Part shown: in pieces, positions 43,784-54,511 of the stretch
Layout of the letters: the number at the start of each line of letters is the position of its first letter
Position numbering within the stretch: position 1 is the first letter of the stretch
NCBI GenBank assembly: GCA_963778655.1
Contig: CAVZVA010000002.1
Coordinates: 1-64,000 of the forward strand
Length of the DNA stretch: 64,000 nucleotides
DNA from: an uncultured delta proteobacterium
GTDB lineage: Bacteria > Myxococcota_A > Polyangia > Polyangiales > JAFGIB01
Direction of reading: 5' to 3'
Translations under genes and position numbers: made by a program
The notes under the pieces: model-generated
What the model was told of the DNA's origin: nothing
Database searches by the model: none
Seen by the model: only the letters and a program-made list of their open reading frames with translations

Positions 43784-44971
43784 ATGACCAACCCGCGCAC
43801 GCAACTCGGCGACCCGCACAATTTCGGGCGTCGGGTATCGCTGCGTGCCGGGCGAGCTCACAAGCCGCGTGCGTTGCTGTGGGAGTGGCTGCTGCTGGCG
43901 GCGGAAAGCCCGCTGCGGCGCTTGATCGACGAGCTGGCGAAACGCGACGCGTTGGGCCGCGACGCGTTTGGATTTCTGCCGGCGCTCAAGTACTTCCGCG
44001 ACAAAGTACGAGTCGGCGGCGAGGTGGAGCGGATTCGGCTTTCGCCGTTGCCTGTCCTGTCAAAGCGCGACAAGCGCTCGCTCGCCGTAATCGTGGGACG
44101 CTCGCTGGCGCTGTGGAGCTGGCTCGGCGTGGCGGATCTGCATTGGGAGAACCTGGTGCTGGGCGTCGACCGGCGCGACCGCATGGTGTTCGCGCCCTTG
44201 GATATCGAGATGATCTTGGCGGACCTGTCGCTTCCGACGCAGACGAAGCTGCTGCCGGACGCCGATCCCGAGTACGCGTCGATCTGCCGGCACGCCTGCG
44301 GCGTTCGACGCGTCCTGCCGTATCTGGGCAAGCCCGTCGGCGCAGATGACTTGCTGGCGATGGCGGGGGCCTATCGCGGCACGCTGGCCTTTCTCGACCG
44401 TCATGCCAGCGCGATCGCCAACGTGCTCGCGCGGCTACCAGGCCTGCGCGAGACGCCCATTCGCGTGTGCCTGCGCGGCACGGACGAGTACGTGCGCGCC
44501 AAATCACAACCACTGTGGCCGCCGCTGCTCGACGCGGAGGCCGAACAGCTGGCCCGCGGCGACATTCCGTACTTCTTCCGCCTGTACGGACGCCGGGGTA
44601 TTCATTACTACGGAAACCGGACGCTCAGCGAGCTGAAGCGCATTCCGCTCCGAGGCGACGTACCGCAGCTGGACCCAATGCTGGCGCTGTCCCGAGGCCT
44701 GCGCTCCCCGTCTCGGCGGACCTTGCGTGATGAGGGCCTGTTCACCCTGCTCGGCGCGTTCGACGACCCGTCGCTGGGCGGGCGACACAAGAGCGATGAG
44801 CTCGAGGTCTCGCTGCGCGCGCGCAGCATCGTCGTGAAGCTGCCGAGCGGTGCCGAGCTGCGCTCTGCCCGAAACCTCAGCGGCCACGTGGGCAGCGTCT
44901 ACTCGCCGTGCCACTGCGGCGAGGTGCGGTCCGTCTTCGTGCCGCCGGTCACGGTGTGCGACGCGCGCTGA
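43784..44971 (+). CDS. Stand-alone LanM-type dehydratase/kinase domain (DUF4135-like)
   Basis: GDPHN.GR, KPR, DLHWEN, LDIE, R.CLRGT..Y, E.EQL.RGDIPYF; no LanC cyclase domain. Confidence 0.78.
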   Translation: MTNPRTQLGDPHNFGRRVSLRAGRAHKPRALLWEWLLLAAESPLRRLIDELAKRDALGRDAFGFLPALKYFRDKVRVGGEVERIRLSPLPVLSKRDKRSLAVIVGRSLALWSWLGVADLHWENLVLGVDRRDRMVFAPLDIEMILADLSLPTQTKLLPDADPEYASICRHACGVRRVLPYLGKPVGADDLLAMAGAYRGTLAFLDRHASAIANVLARLPGLRETPIRVCLRGTDEYVRAKSQPLWPPLLDAEAEQLARGDIPYFFRLYGRRGIHYYGNRTLSELKRIPLRGDVPQLDPMLALSRGLRSPSRRTLRDEGLFTLLGAFDDPSLGGRHKSDELEVSLRARSIVVKLPSGAELRSARNLSGHVGSVYSPCHCGEVRSVFVPPVTVCDAR

Positions 44972-45007
44972 GCCGCGCACGTCTCGTGCCGGCGTGCGCA
45001 GACCCCG

Positions 45008-45700
45008 ATGACGGCCTATCCTCTCCAGCCCATGGACGCCGCCACCTGCGACACCTGCCATCGACCCAGCGCCGCCTGCGTCTGCGACCGCATCGTCGCC
45101 TATCCGACCGAGCTGCGGGTCCTCATCCTGCAGCACTTTCAGGAGAGAGATGCGCTGCTCGGCTCCGCACAGATCCTGGCCGCCAGTCTGCCCAAGGCGA
45201 AGCTCGTGCTGGGTCTGAGCTGGCGCAACTTGGGCCATGCACTGGGTGAGGAGGGCGTAGACGCTCAGCGCTGGGCCGTCCTCTTTCCAGATAGCGACGC
45301 GCCGGGCAATCGAGTCAGGGCACGCAACGGCAGCGTCATCGACCCATCGAGCCTCGAAGGCATCATCGTCCTCGACGGAACCTGGTCCAAAGCCAAGACG
45401 CTGTGGTGGCGCAACGCGTGGTTGAACAAGCTCAACCGAGTGACCCTCGAGCCAGCAGCGCCGTCCATCTACGGCCGCCTGCGGGCCGAGCCTAAGCGCG
45501 AGCTCGTCTCCACACTCGAGTCCGTCGGGGCCACCCTCACGCTGTGCGGGGAGTCTCCCGAGGTCGAGGCCGGCCTGTCGCGCGTCTTCCGCACGCTTGT
45601 GCAGCGCGTACGCGATGCTCGCCTCATCCCCCCTCCAGCTCGACGCCCAGCGCGCAGGCCCCACACGAAACAAGGCGCGCGACGCCCGAAGCGCGTGTGA
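45008..45700 (+). CDS. DTW-domain tRNA-uridine aminocarboxypropyltransferase (TapT-like)
   Basis: C..C.RP...CVC, ILQH..E, VLDGTW..AK, S.YG.LR, STLE. Confidence 0.88.
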   Translation: MTAYPLQPMDAATCDTCHRPSAACVCDRIVAYPTELRVLILQHFQERDALLGSAQILAASLPKAKLVLGLSWRNLGHALGEEGVDAQRWAVLFPDSDAPGNRVRARNGSVIDPSSLEGIIVLDGTWSKAKTLWWRNAWLNKLNRVTLEPAAPSIYGRLRAEPKRELVSTLESVGATLTLCGESPEVEAGLSRVFRTLVQRVRDARLIPPPARRPARRPHTKQGARRPKRV

Positions 45701-45901
45701 ACGCGCGCCCTTCGGTCGCGCTCCGTTCAGCGACTGGCGGCGGCGGTGATCCTGTCGGCCTCATGCCGTACCTGGACCACCTTGGCGCCCGGCCGCGTTC
45801 ATCGCCACACCCATGTCCGCCGTTGCCCCGTGCCGAGCACCAACTCCGCGCTAAGATGAACTACCATAACGATCAAGGGTACGCGAAACGAGTCGAACGC
45901 G

Positions 45902-48900
45902 ATGACTTCGAGCTCTCCGGATTCCTCGAAAACGTCGTTCGGGCGAGTCGCCGATCGCTACGAGCTCCGAGAGTTGCTCGGGCGCGGCGGCATGGCGACG
46001 GTGCATCGTGCAACGGACCTGGCCAACGGGTGCGATGTTGCGCTCAAACAACTTCATGTGAGCGACACGGAGAACGCCGCTCTGGTCGCACTTTTCGAGC
46101 GCGAGTTTCATACGCTGGCACAGCTTCACCACCCGAGCGTGATCTCGGTCTACGAATACGGGCTGCACGGCGGCCAGGCGCCGTACTACACCATGGAGCT
46201 ACTGGATGGCGGCGACCTGCGCGATCGCGCGCCGCTTCCATGGCGCGAAGCGTGTGCGCTCGTGTTCGACGTGTGCTCGTCGCTCGCGCTGCTCCACTCG
46301 CGCAGGCTCGTGCACCGCGACATCAGTCCACGCAACGTGCGCTGCACCCGCGACGGCCGGGCCAAGCTGATCGACTTCGGCGCGATGGGCCCGATGCTCT
46401 CGGGCGGCGCTCAGATCGTGGGCACGCCGGCATTCGTTCCGCCTGAGACCGTGCATCGTTCGGCGCTCGATGGCCGATCCGATCTGTTCTCGCTTGGGGC
46501 GACCTTGTACTTCGCGCTGACTCGCCAGAGCCCGTATCCTGCGCGCAGCTTCGCGGACGTGGTCGCGGCGTGGCGGGTGAGGCCAGCGCCGCCATCGGCA
46601 CGCGTGGCCGATGTGCCGCCCGCGCTCGACGACCTCGTGCTCTCTTTGTTGAGCGTCGAGCCCGCGCTGCGGCCGCGCGGCGCGTTCGAGGTCATGCAGC
46701 GCTTGGCTGCGCTCGCCGGCCTCGAAGGCCGCGAGACCGCCGCCGTATCCGCGGCGTATCTCACCGCGCCGACGTTGGTCGGGCGCGAAGATCTGCTCAG
46801 CGTGCTGCGCGAAGGCGTGACCCGCGCAGTCCGCGGTAGCGGTAGCGGCCTGATCATCCGTGGTGCACCCGGGCTCGGGCACTCGCGCGCGCTCGACGCC
46901 TGCGTGCTGGAGGCAAAGACGCTCGGCGCGATCGTGCTGCGCGCGAGCGCGGGCAGCCAGCAGGGAGACTTTGCCCTGGCCGCGAGCTTGGCGCAGCACC
47001 TGCTCGACGCACTGTCCAACCAGCAGCTGGCAGCGCGATTTCCCGAGCTGTTCGTGTGCCGGTCGGAACGATCCGCCGCCGGACCGCAATCCAAGACCGT
47101 GCTGCGCAACGCCGACGAGCTCAAACGCGATCCTGCTGCGCTGGTGGTTGCCCTCAGTCGCTGCCTGCTCGAGATCAGCCGCGAGCAACCGCTGGTGATT
47201 GTGGTCGACGATCTGCAGCGCATCGATGAGCCATCCGCTGCCGTGCTGGCCCAGCTCGCCGATCGCGCACGGCGCTGTCGGCTGTTTCTGGCCATGACCT
47301 CCGACAGTGAAGGCGACTCGGGGCTCGCGCTCGAGGTGCTCGAACGTCGCTGCGAGTCGCATTCGCTGCAACCGCTTTCTGCCGAGCAAACCCGGAGGTT
47401 GCTCGAGTCGCTGTTCGGCGACGTCGACCACGTCGGCACCCTGGCGGCCGCGATCTACGAGATCGCACGCGGCAACCCGCGCCAGTCCATGGACCTCGCG
47501 CAGCACTTGGTCGACCGGAAGCTGATTCACTATGCCGGCGGGGCCTGGACGCTGCCGAGCACGCTGGCGGCAGCCGACCTTCCGCGCAGCGCGGAAGAAG
47601 CGCTGGCCGTCAAGCTCGAGCTGCTCGAGCCGCACGCGCGCTGGTTGGCCGAAGCGCAGGCGCTGGCGTCCCACGACACCATGACCGACGACGACTACCG
47701 GCGCCTGCGGCCGGACGTCGATTCGCGCACGACCGCCCGCGCGGTCGCCCAACTGCTCGAGCACCAGGTGCTCGTCGGCGACAGCGGTGCATACGTGCTC
47801 GCCAACCGCATCTGGCCGGCGGTGCTCAAGGGGCGGATGCCCCCGGAGAGGGCGCGCGAATGTCACCATGCGCTTGCCGAGCTCTATGCCGCGGGCGGGC
47901 TCGTGCGCGTGCCGCATCTGTTCGCGGCCGACCGCGAAGAGCAGGGGCTCGACGCGCTGCTCGAAGCGCTTGCGGCTCTCGGCGAACAGACCGACTTGCG
48001 CAACGCGTTCGAGTTTCAGCCGGCGAACATCGACTCAAGCTTCGATCGCGCGATCGCACTCGCCGCACGATTGGGTCGCCCGCCGCGCCAGCAGCAGGAC
48101 CTGCTGCGCTGGGCGACCGCGCTGAGCGTTGCCTCGAGCGACGTCGCCATGTACTTTCGCTGCGCGCCGGCCTGGCTCGCGCAGTTGAAGCAGGACTCGG
48201 GTCTCGCGCTGTGGGAGGGGGACCCGGACACGACCGACCCCGGGGCGCGACTGATGCGCGCTTTGCAGGGGGCCAGCGAACGCTTCGCAAGAACGCCCGA
48301 AGCCGAGCGTGTGTATCCGGTAGAGCACGCGATCAAGCTGCTGGCCGAGTACGTGGTGTGTTCGATCGCGACCGGCGCGCGCTCGTACGATAGCGAGTTG
48401 CTCGGCACGCTGCCCGGGTTGCTCGAGCCGTTTGCGTCGCTTGCGCCGCTACTGCACGCGCTCTGGCAGAACGCGATCGGGACGCTCGAGAGTGCGCGCG
48501 ACTGCGCTCACGAGCGCGCACGCGAGCGCTGGATCGAGGTTCATCGCAAGCTCGGCGAGCTGGATCCAGCACAGGTCCAGCACCTCGGCATGATTCGCAA
48601 TGCGATCGCCGCCGGCATCGGCATGATCGAAGCCACCTTCGGCCTGCAATCGGCGACGCAGTGGGCGGAGCAACTCGATTCGGATCCGGCGCAGCGGCTC
48701 TCGGGGCTGTACCTGCGCCAGTGCGTGCGACTCGAGCAAGGCGATTGGGCCGGCGCGGACCGGCTACGGCGCGAGGCCGAGGTGGTCGCGCTGCAACAGC
48801 GCGGGCCCGCCATGTTCACGCAACAGCTTGCGGTCGAGCTTTCGGCCCACGCCAACGCCTGCGACCTCGTAGGCGTCAAGCGGGTGATCGAACGCCAGGC

Positions 48901-50056
48901 CGCACATGCCGCGCGCATGCCCAACTGGATTCCGTATGCAATCGAAGGCCGTGCTCGCTTCGATCTGTTGCGCGGCGACGTCGAAGCAGCCAAGCTCGGC
49001 TTTGAGCGCTGCCTGGAGTTGACCGCGCTGGATACCCAGCGACGCTCGCCTGCGCTGGTGGTCTGGGTGCTGGCCCAGACCGGCCTCGCTCAGTGTCTGC
49101 GTGCGCTCGGTCGCAACACCGACGCGCGCCGCGTCGCGGCCGACGCGCTTGCGATCTGCGGCGAGCTCGGGATCGGAGTGCACAGCTACGAGCTCGTGCG
49201 GACGCTCGCGCTGGCGGAAGCTCAGGACGGCGAGCTCACGAGCGCCGCCGAGCGGCTCGACCGTGTCATCGCCCAGCAGAATGCGATGGGCGCGACCGGG
49301 CTGCGCCTGGGCATGACGTACGAAGCCCGGGCGCTCTGCGCGATCTGGTCCGGCGACACGGCGGGCTACGAGCACTATGCGCGCCTCACTGCGCATGAAT
49401 ACCGCTACGGAGCGCGCTCTCCGCTCAGCGCGCGCTACGAGCGGCTGAAGCACGAAGCGAATCGCCGTAGCTTGCCGCGCGCCGTCGAGCTGTCCGACTT
49501 CGAGGTAGAAAGCAGTTCCTCCGGCTCGCTCGACGTCGACAGCATGGTGGGCCTGGCCATGACCGGCACGCAGAGCGTCGAGGAGCGGGCGCAACGTGCG
49601 CTGAAGTTGATCTGCGATACACGCGCCGCGCGCGCCGCGCACCTGTATCTCGCGCGCAAGGATGGAACGCTGTGGCGCGCCGCATCGTTCGGGGCAGCCC
49701 GGTCGGGCAAGGCACTGCTGTCGCTAGTCGGCGACTATCTGCACCGCGAGCGCGAGCGGCATGAAGCGGGCACGGTTGTGGTTACCGGCACGCAGGTGAA
49801 GTCCGAACCACACACGACGGCGACTGCATCCGACGCCGGCGTGGACTACGAGCTTCACCTCCTGACGTGTGTCGCCCAGGGTGAAGGACGAGTTGCGGGC
49901 GCGATCGCGCTCGACCCCGGTGAGCGGTCGGTGATGAATCCGTTCCAGGGCCAGCTCCTGGCGGCGCTCGCCGGGCACTTGTTCGAAATTCCGCAGGTGA
50001 CCGTGAGCGCGCCGACCCTCATCGGGCGCGGCGCCCGTGGGCGACGTCGCCATTGA
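45902..50056 (+). CDS. Ser/Thr protein kinase with AAA-like and helical repeat regions
   Basis: LGRGGMATV, VALK, HRDISPRN, DFG, GTP.F.PPE; then LVGRE...GAPGLGHS...VVDDLQ..GNP. Confidence 0.93.
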   Translation: MTSSSPDSSKTSFGRVADRYELRELLGRGGMATVHRATDLANGCDVALKQLHVSDTENAALVALFEREFHTLAQLHHPSVISVYEYGLHGGQAPYYTMELLDGGDLRDRAPLPWREACALVFDVCSSLALLHSRRLVHRDISPRNVRCTRDGRAKLIDFGAMGPMLSGGAQIVGTPAFVPPETVHRSALDGRSDLFSLGATLYFALTRQSPYPARSFADVVAAWRVRPAPPSARVADVPPALDDLVLSLLSVEPALRPRGAFEVMQRLAALAGLEGRETAAVSAAYLTAPTLVGREDLLSVLREGVTRAVRGSGSGLIIRGAPGLGHSRALDACVLEAKTLGAIVLRASAGSQQGDFALAASLAQHLLDALSNQQLAARFPELFVCRSERSAAGPQSKTVLRNADELKRDPAALVVALSRCLLEISREQPLVIVVDDLQRIDEPSAAVLAQLADRARRCRLFLAMTSDSEGDSGLALEVLERRCESHSLQPLSAEQTRRLLESLFGDVDHVGTLAAAIYEIARGNPRQSMDLAQHLVDRKLIHYAGGAWTLPSTLAAADLPRSAEEALAVKLELLEPHARWLAEAQALASHDTMTDDDYRRLRPDVDSRTTARAVAQLLEHQVLVGDSGAYVLANRIWPAVLKGRMPPERARECHHALAELYAAGGLVRVPHLFAADREEQGLDALLEALAALGEQTDLRNAFEFQPANIDSSFDRAIALAARLGRPPRQQQDLLRWATALSVASSDVAMYFRCAPAWLAQLKQDSGLALWEGDPDTTDPGARLMRALQGASERFARTPEAERVYPVEHAIKLLAEYVVCSIATGARSYDSELLGTLPGLLEPFASLAPLLHALWQNAIGTLESARDCAHERARERWIEVHRKLGELDPAQVQHLGMIRNAIAAGIGMIEATFGLQSATQWAEQLDSDPAQRLSGLYLRQCVRLEQGDWAGADRLRREAEVVALQQRGPAMFTQQLAVELSAHANACDLVGVKRVIERQAAHAARMPNWIPYAIEGRARFDLLRGDVEAAKLGFERCLELTALDTQRRSPALVVWVLAQTGLAQCLRALGRNTDARRVAADALAICGELGIGVHSYELVRTLALAEAQDGELTSAAERLDRVIAQQNAMGATGLRLGMTYEARALCAIWSGDTAGYEHYARLTAHEYRYGARSPLSARYERLKHEANRRSLPRAVELSDFEVESSSSGSLDVDSMVGLAMTGTQSVEERAQRALKLICDTRAARAAHLYLARKDGTLWRAASFGAARSGKALLSLVGDYLHRERERHEAGTVVVTGTQVKSEPHTTATASDAGVDYELHLLTCVAQGEGRVAGAIALDPGERSVMNPFQGQLLAALAGHLFEIPQVTVSAPTLIGRGARGRRRH

Positions 50057-50236
50057 GAGGCTGCTTCAGCCCCACAGTCTCACACGCTCCAGCTCGCCAG
50101 CGGCATCTTCGCGAGCCTGAGCGGAGCGACCCGCCGGCAGAATTCGAAACCTCCGGCCAGGTTCACGCGAGTGGGCAGGGTCCGAGTAGCTCGATCTCCG
50201 GCGACGCCGCAATCGGCCCGCAACCCGGCGGCGCGC

Positions 50237-51409
50237 TCAATTCAGCGTCGAGCGATGCGGCGTGATCACACCTGCGCCGAAGCCGAATCCAGCCCGGCGC
50301 CGGGCGTCGTACGGCGCGGCGGTTGGGTCGAGCGATGCCGCTTGCGAGCTGGTTGGCGGCGGCGCGCCGGGCGCATCGAGCGAAACCGCTTGGGGACGCT
50401 CATCTACCATTCGCACCACGTCGTTGTGTCGGTTGACGACTTGTACCGTGAGCGGCACGGCCTCGGGGCGCGTTACGTCGCGTCCGACGCGCGGGCGTGT
50501 GGGACTATGCCTCTCCCTGCGCCGATAAGGACGGCGCAAGGTACCGTAGCGCGGGCGCTTGCCGGGCCTGGACCAATCCACCCATTGCGCGGCGCGCACG
50601 CGCACGTCGACGTGCACGAACACGCTGTGCGGGTAGAAGCCGCAACCGGTCTGGACGAGCGACCGGCAATAATCCCAGATCGCGCGTTCCGGCACGCCTG
50701 CGATCTGGATGTCGGCAGCGCGGCCGGCGACGTGACGGCTGGTGTCGCGGGTGTAGCCGCGCGCCTCGCGGAAGCCGCTGACGACGTGGATCGGACGTCC
50801 GCCGAAGTGATCGGAGATGTTGGCCAGCAGCAGGGCCAAGCGCGGGTGCACGTGCCGGCTCGCATCGTCGCCGCGCCCCATCTGTTGCGCCAGCGCGCGC
50901 AGCCCCTTGAGACGCACGCGACCTTCGGTGTCCACCAGCTCGGCGCGCACCACCTGCCCATGCTGGCCGAGGAAGGTGACCGTGCCCCGCCGCTCGGGAT
51001 CGCCCCAGTCGCGCTCGCGTGCTGCCGCGGGCATATAGCCGGGAAGGATCAAACGCTCGCCGGCGCGCAGGTCCGCGGCGCTGCGCAAGCGGTTGAGGTG
51101 TCGCAGCTCGGCCACCGTGCAGTCGTGCATCTTGGCGACATGCGACAAGGTCTGCCCTGGCCGCACGTAGGTCACGCCCCGCTCAGGTAGTCGCAGCGCC
51201 TCGCCCGCGCGCAGTACCTGCGCATGCTTCAACCGATTGGCCGCGGCCAGGTCTCCGATTTGCACATGGTAGTGGTGCGCAATCGCGGACAGGGTTTCGC
51301 CGGCCCTAACAGTGTGCATGCGCTGCGCCGACGCAACACCCGCGCTCGCGCCCAACACGAAACACTGGAGCACACACGCCGCAGCCAAGCCGCCCAACCA
51401 CCGGCTCAT
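50237..51409 (-). CDS. LysM-repeat + peptidase M15 (YcbK/DUF882-like) protein
   Basis: Two LysM repeats (V..GETLS.IA); VVSGFR...SRH..GRAAD...G.G.YP...FVHVDVR. Confidence 0.88.
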   Translation of the reverse strand: MSRWLGGLAAACVLQCFVLGASAGVASAQRMHTVRAGETLSAIAHHYHVQIGDLAAANRLKHAQVLRAGEALRLPERGVTYVRPGQTLSHVAKMHDCTVAELRHLNRLRSAADLRAGERLILPGYMPAAARERDWGDPERRGTVTFLGQHGQVVRAELVDTEGRVRLKGLRALAQQMGRGDDASRHVHPRLALLLANISDHFGGRPIHVVSGFREARGYTRDTSRHVAGRAADIQIAGVPERAIWDYCRSLVQTGCGFYPHSVFVHVDVRVRAAQWVDWSRPGKRPRYGTLRRPYRRRERHSPTRPRVGRDVTRPEAVPLTVQVVNRHNDVVRMVDERPQAVSLDAPGAPPPTSSQAASLDPTAAPYDARRRAGFGFGAGVITPHRSTLN

Positions 51410-51623
51410 CGTGGCGCAGTATCGGCCCAAACAGCGACCCGATCAAGTCGCTGCGCAGCGCAGGCAGCGTCATCCCGGGCGACCGTGGGCAGCTAACCAT
51501 TTCAACGGGTTGCAGGCGCCTGGCCTCGCTTTCTGGACCTACGCGCGCCCATCGCGGCCGAGCACGAGGCCACGAGCGGCGCGCCGCCCACCGCCATGGC
51601 CTTCTTCGGCGCGACGCCGGAGG

Positions 51624-53351
51624 CTAATCCTGGATTCTGCTGTTGAGCTCGAAGCCGGTGACGGTTCGGGTTTCGTTGCTGACCCAGTCGATGAACGTGA
51701 TGCGTCCATCGGGGTGGTCCTGATTGACGAACATGCGCTTGCTCTGCGGCACCGAGCCGATGGAGATCGGCGGGCTGCCGAGCTCGATCGGTTGCACCAG
51801 GAAGCTCTTGCTCTCGATCTTCTGCACCTCGCGCGTGTTGGTCGCGTCGTCGCGGAAGAGCAGGAACAGGTAGCTGCCGTCGGGCACGATGCTGAACGCG
51901 CCCGGCGCGGTCGCGGTCACCTGCAGCTTGACGTCGCCGCTGGGAATGCGCAGCACGCTGTAGCCGTACGAGCGCGCCAGCTGCACGCTGGGGTCGAGGC
52001 CGGCCTGATTCGGATCTCCGGCCGCCTTCTTGTGCACGATCAGCGCGGTCTGGCCGTCGGGCGCGATCGCGACCGCCTGCACCGTCTTGCGCAACGCCAC
52101 CGTCTTGGGCGGCGTCTTGTCGTCCAGCGTCAGGATGGTGATGCGCTCGACGTCGACCGCGGTGGTGTAGAGCAGCGCGCGGTCGGCCTGGGGCGAGATG
52201 GTGGCCGAGCCGACCAGCTCGTCTTTGACGCTGTAGCTCTTGATCAAGCCCGGCTTGGCGAAGCCGTCCGGCACCGGGATCTGCAGCACCAGGCTGTGGC
52301 TGCGCACCACCGCCAGCGCGAACGCGCCGTTGGGCGCCAGCGCCAGGTCGCTCACGTCCGGCGGCCCTGGGGGCACCCCGGCGTCGTCGCCGCTCTGGTC
52401 TTGCGGCAGCACATCGGCCAGGTCGACGCTGCTGAGGTCGCCGCTCTCGAGGTCCACCTCACGCACCACGCTCTTGCCCGGCTCGCGCGTGAGCGCGTAC
52501 TTGCCGTCGGGCGTGACCGCGACCTGAATGCCCTTCTGGTCCACGCTGGGACCGAGCGAGACCAGCCTGGCGATGCCTGTGCCCTCTTTTTCGATGCGCG
52601 CGAAGTCGAGCACCGAGATGCCGTCGTCGGTCACGACGTAGGCCGCGCTGCCGTCGGCGGCAAAGGCCACATCGCGCGGGCTGAAGCCCACGGTCATGCC
52701 GGTCGCGCTGTCGTTGCCCGCGGCCAGGCTGACCACCGTCACGTCCTGGTAGCTGCCCGACGGGTTGCCGGCCGTGCTGTAGGCTGCGTCGAAGTACACC
52801 ACCGCGTGCTTGCCGTCGGGCGCCACCGCGATCGCGTTGGCGCCGCGCACCACCGGCACCGAATCGGTGGTCACGCCCGTGGCCGGCGAGCGCAGGATGG
52901 TCGCGTCGTCGGAGCCCACGTTGAGCACGATCGCGTCGTCGGTTCCGGCCAGCGTGCGCAGAAACGTCGGCCGGTCGCCGGTCTCCACCGTCTGGATCGA
53001 GGTGTTGGTGGCGTCGATGATCGACACTGTGCCGCCCTTGGGGTTGGCCGTGTACACGAAGCGCTCCGAGGCCTGCGGCTGCTCGAAGTCCAGCTTCACC
53101 TGCATCTCCGGCGGCAGCTTCGGCGCGGTCATGCCGCCCGTGCCATCGCTGCCGTGGGTGGCGGCCCCGTTGCCGAAGGCCGGTACGCTGCCGGCGCCAA
53201 CCCCCCCCGTGCCGGCGGGACCCACAGCGGGCAGGCCAACGCCGCCGGTCGGATTGGCGCCCTTGGTGCTGCCGGTGTCACTGGTGGCGCAGGCTCCCAG
53301 GCCCGTCAGGCCCGCCGCGAGCACCAAGCCTCGAATCCATCGCCGGTTCAT
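51624..53351 (-). CDS. Beta-propeller (YncE/YVTN-like) lipoprotein
   Basis: LGAC lipobox; repeated (V/I)A..PDG blades. Confidence 0.8.
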   Translation of the reverse strand: MNRRWIRGLVLAAGLTGLGACATSDTGSTKGANPTGGVGLPAVGPAGTGGVGAGSVPAFGNGAATHGSDGTGGMTAPKLPPEMQVKLDFEQPQASERFVYTANPKGGTVSIIDATNTSIQTVETGDRPTFLRTLAGTDDAIVLNVGSDDATILRSPATGVTTDSVPVVRGANAIAVAPDGKHAVVYFDAAYSTAGNPSGSYQDVTVVSLAAGNDSATGMTVGFSPRDVAFAADGSAAYVVTDDGISVLDFARIEKEGTGIARLVSLGPSVDQKGIQVAVTPDGKYALTREPGKSVVREVDLESGDLSSVDLADVLPQDQSGDDAGVPPGPPDVSDLALAPNGAFALAVVRSHSLVLQIPVPDGFAKPGLIKSYSVKDELVGSATISPQADRALLYTTAVDVERITILTLDDKTPPKTVALRKTVQAVAIAPDGQTALIVHKKAAGDPNQAGLDPSVQLARSYGYSVLRIPSGDVKLQVTATAPGAFSIVPDGSYLFLLFRDDATNTREVQKIESKSFLVQPIELGSPPISIGSVPQSKRMFVNQDHPDGRITFIDWVSNETRTVTGFELNSRIQD

Positions 53352-53513
53352 ACCGCGGCAACAGAGCAAAAAGCGTTCCATACGGGTTTCGCCATCCCAG
53401 TCCCGTCAGTGTCTCACAAACCTGTCACCGGCGCCCGAGGGCTGCGCGACTTGGCACACTTCGGCGCAGCGCGAAACGCGGCCGAAGCCATCGCACCGGA
53501 TCAGATCCTGGCC

Positions 53514-54269
53514 TCAACGGCGGTGCCGCCCGCGCTTGGCGCGCTTGGGCCGTTTGATGCGCTTTAGCCTCTGGCTCCACTTGGGTCGCTCGCTCGCCGT
53601 AGCGGCGCGTTCGGCTTCGGTCTCGATCGCCCGGCGCAACATCGGCTCCATGTCGTCACCCTCGAGCAACTGCCGCCACTGGCCAGCGCCCTGAACTGTT
53701 TGCGTTCGCTGCGCGAAGGCGAAGAACGCCCGCAGCTCCGCCAGCAGCTTCGGAGCCTCGTCCGGGTCGACGATGCGGGCGACGTGCGGCACCAACTCGA
53801 TGTCCGAAGGATCCGGTTCCTTGGACGGTTCGTCCGGGTCGGTCAGGTCCCACGCCAAGTTCGCCTGCACCTTCAAGAAACCCGTCAGGTGATGCGCCGT
53901 CTGGCCCGCCAGCAGGGCCACGCGCTCCGGCGAGGCCTCGAACGCGCTCACCGTGCGCTCGATGCGCGCCTGCAGCTGCTCGCGGTAGAACGACTCCATC
54001 TCCGGCGAGCGCATGCCATGACGGAGCTGATCGGGGCTGCTGGGCCAGCGCGGGTCCTCGGGCTCGCGCAGGTCGTCCCAGATGAACAGCTCGAAGCCCA
54101 ACCCCACCCCCAAGCAGTCCGGGAACGGGCAAGCATCGCCGGGGCCCACAGAGCTGGCCCTTGCACTCTTGCGTTGAAAAAATCGGCTGCAGAGCTGGCA
54201 GTGCAGCCAGCACTCGTCTGGATCCGGCAGTGCCGCGAGCCGTGGTCGCGGGTCGTCGATGATTCGCAT
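53514..54269 (-). CDS. Hypothetical protein with N-terminal Cys cluster and basic tail
   Basis: C.LHCQLC...CPFPDC; C-terminal K/R-rich tail. Confidence 0.6.
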   Translation of the reverse strand: MRIIDDPRPRLAALPDPDECWLHCQLCSRFFQRKSARASSVGPGDACPFPDCLGVGLGFELFIWDDLREPEDPRWPSSPDQLRHGMRSPEMESFYREQLQARIERTVSAFEASPERVALLAGQTAHHLTGFLKVQANLAWDLTDPDEPSKEPDPSDIELVPHVARIVDPDEAPKLLAELRAFFAFAQRTQTVQGAGQWRQLLEGDDMEPMLRRAIETEAERAATASERPKWSQRLKRIKRPKRAKRGRHRR

Positions 54270-54511
54270 CTGCACACGCACCTCCGTGTCGGTTCACGGT
54301 TTTCATCGGCCGCTTGCGGCGCGAGTTGCGCGCGCCCAGGAGGGTGAGCTCGGACCAAGCAGAGGACGACGCTGGGGCCGCGCCGGTCGGAGTATCGACC
54401 CGGGCGGCCGCCGCCCTGTGGGCGATGCAGCACGACCTCGTCGGCTGAGGCTCGGGGCCCGGCGCTCGGCAGCGGGTCACGCAAGCTGCCTAGTCGAACA
54501 CACTGCCCAAG

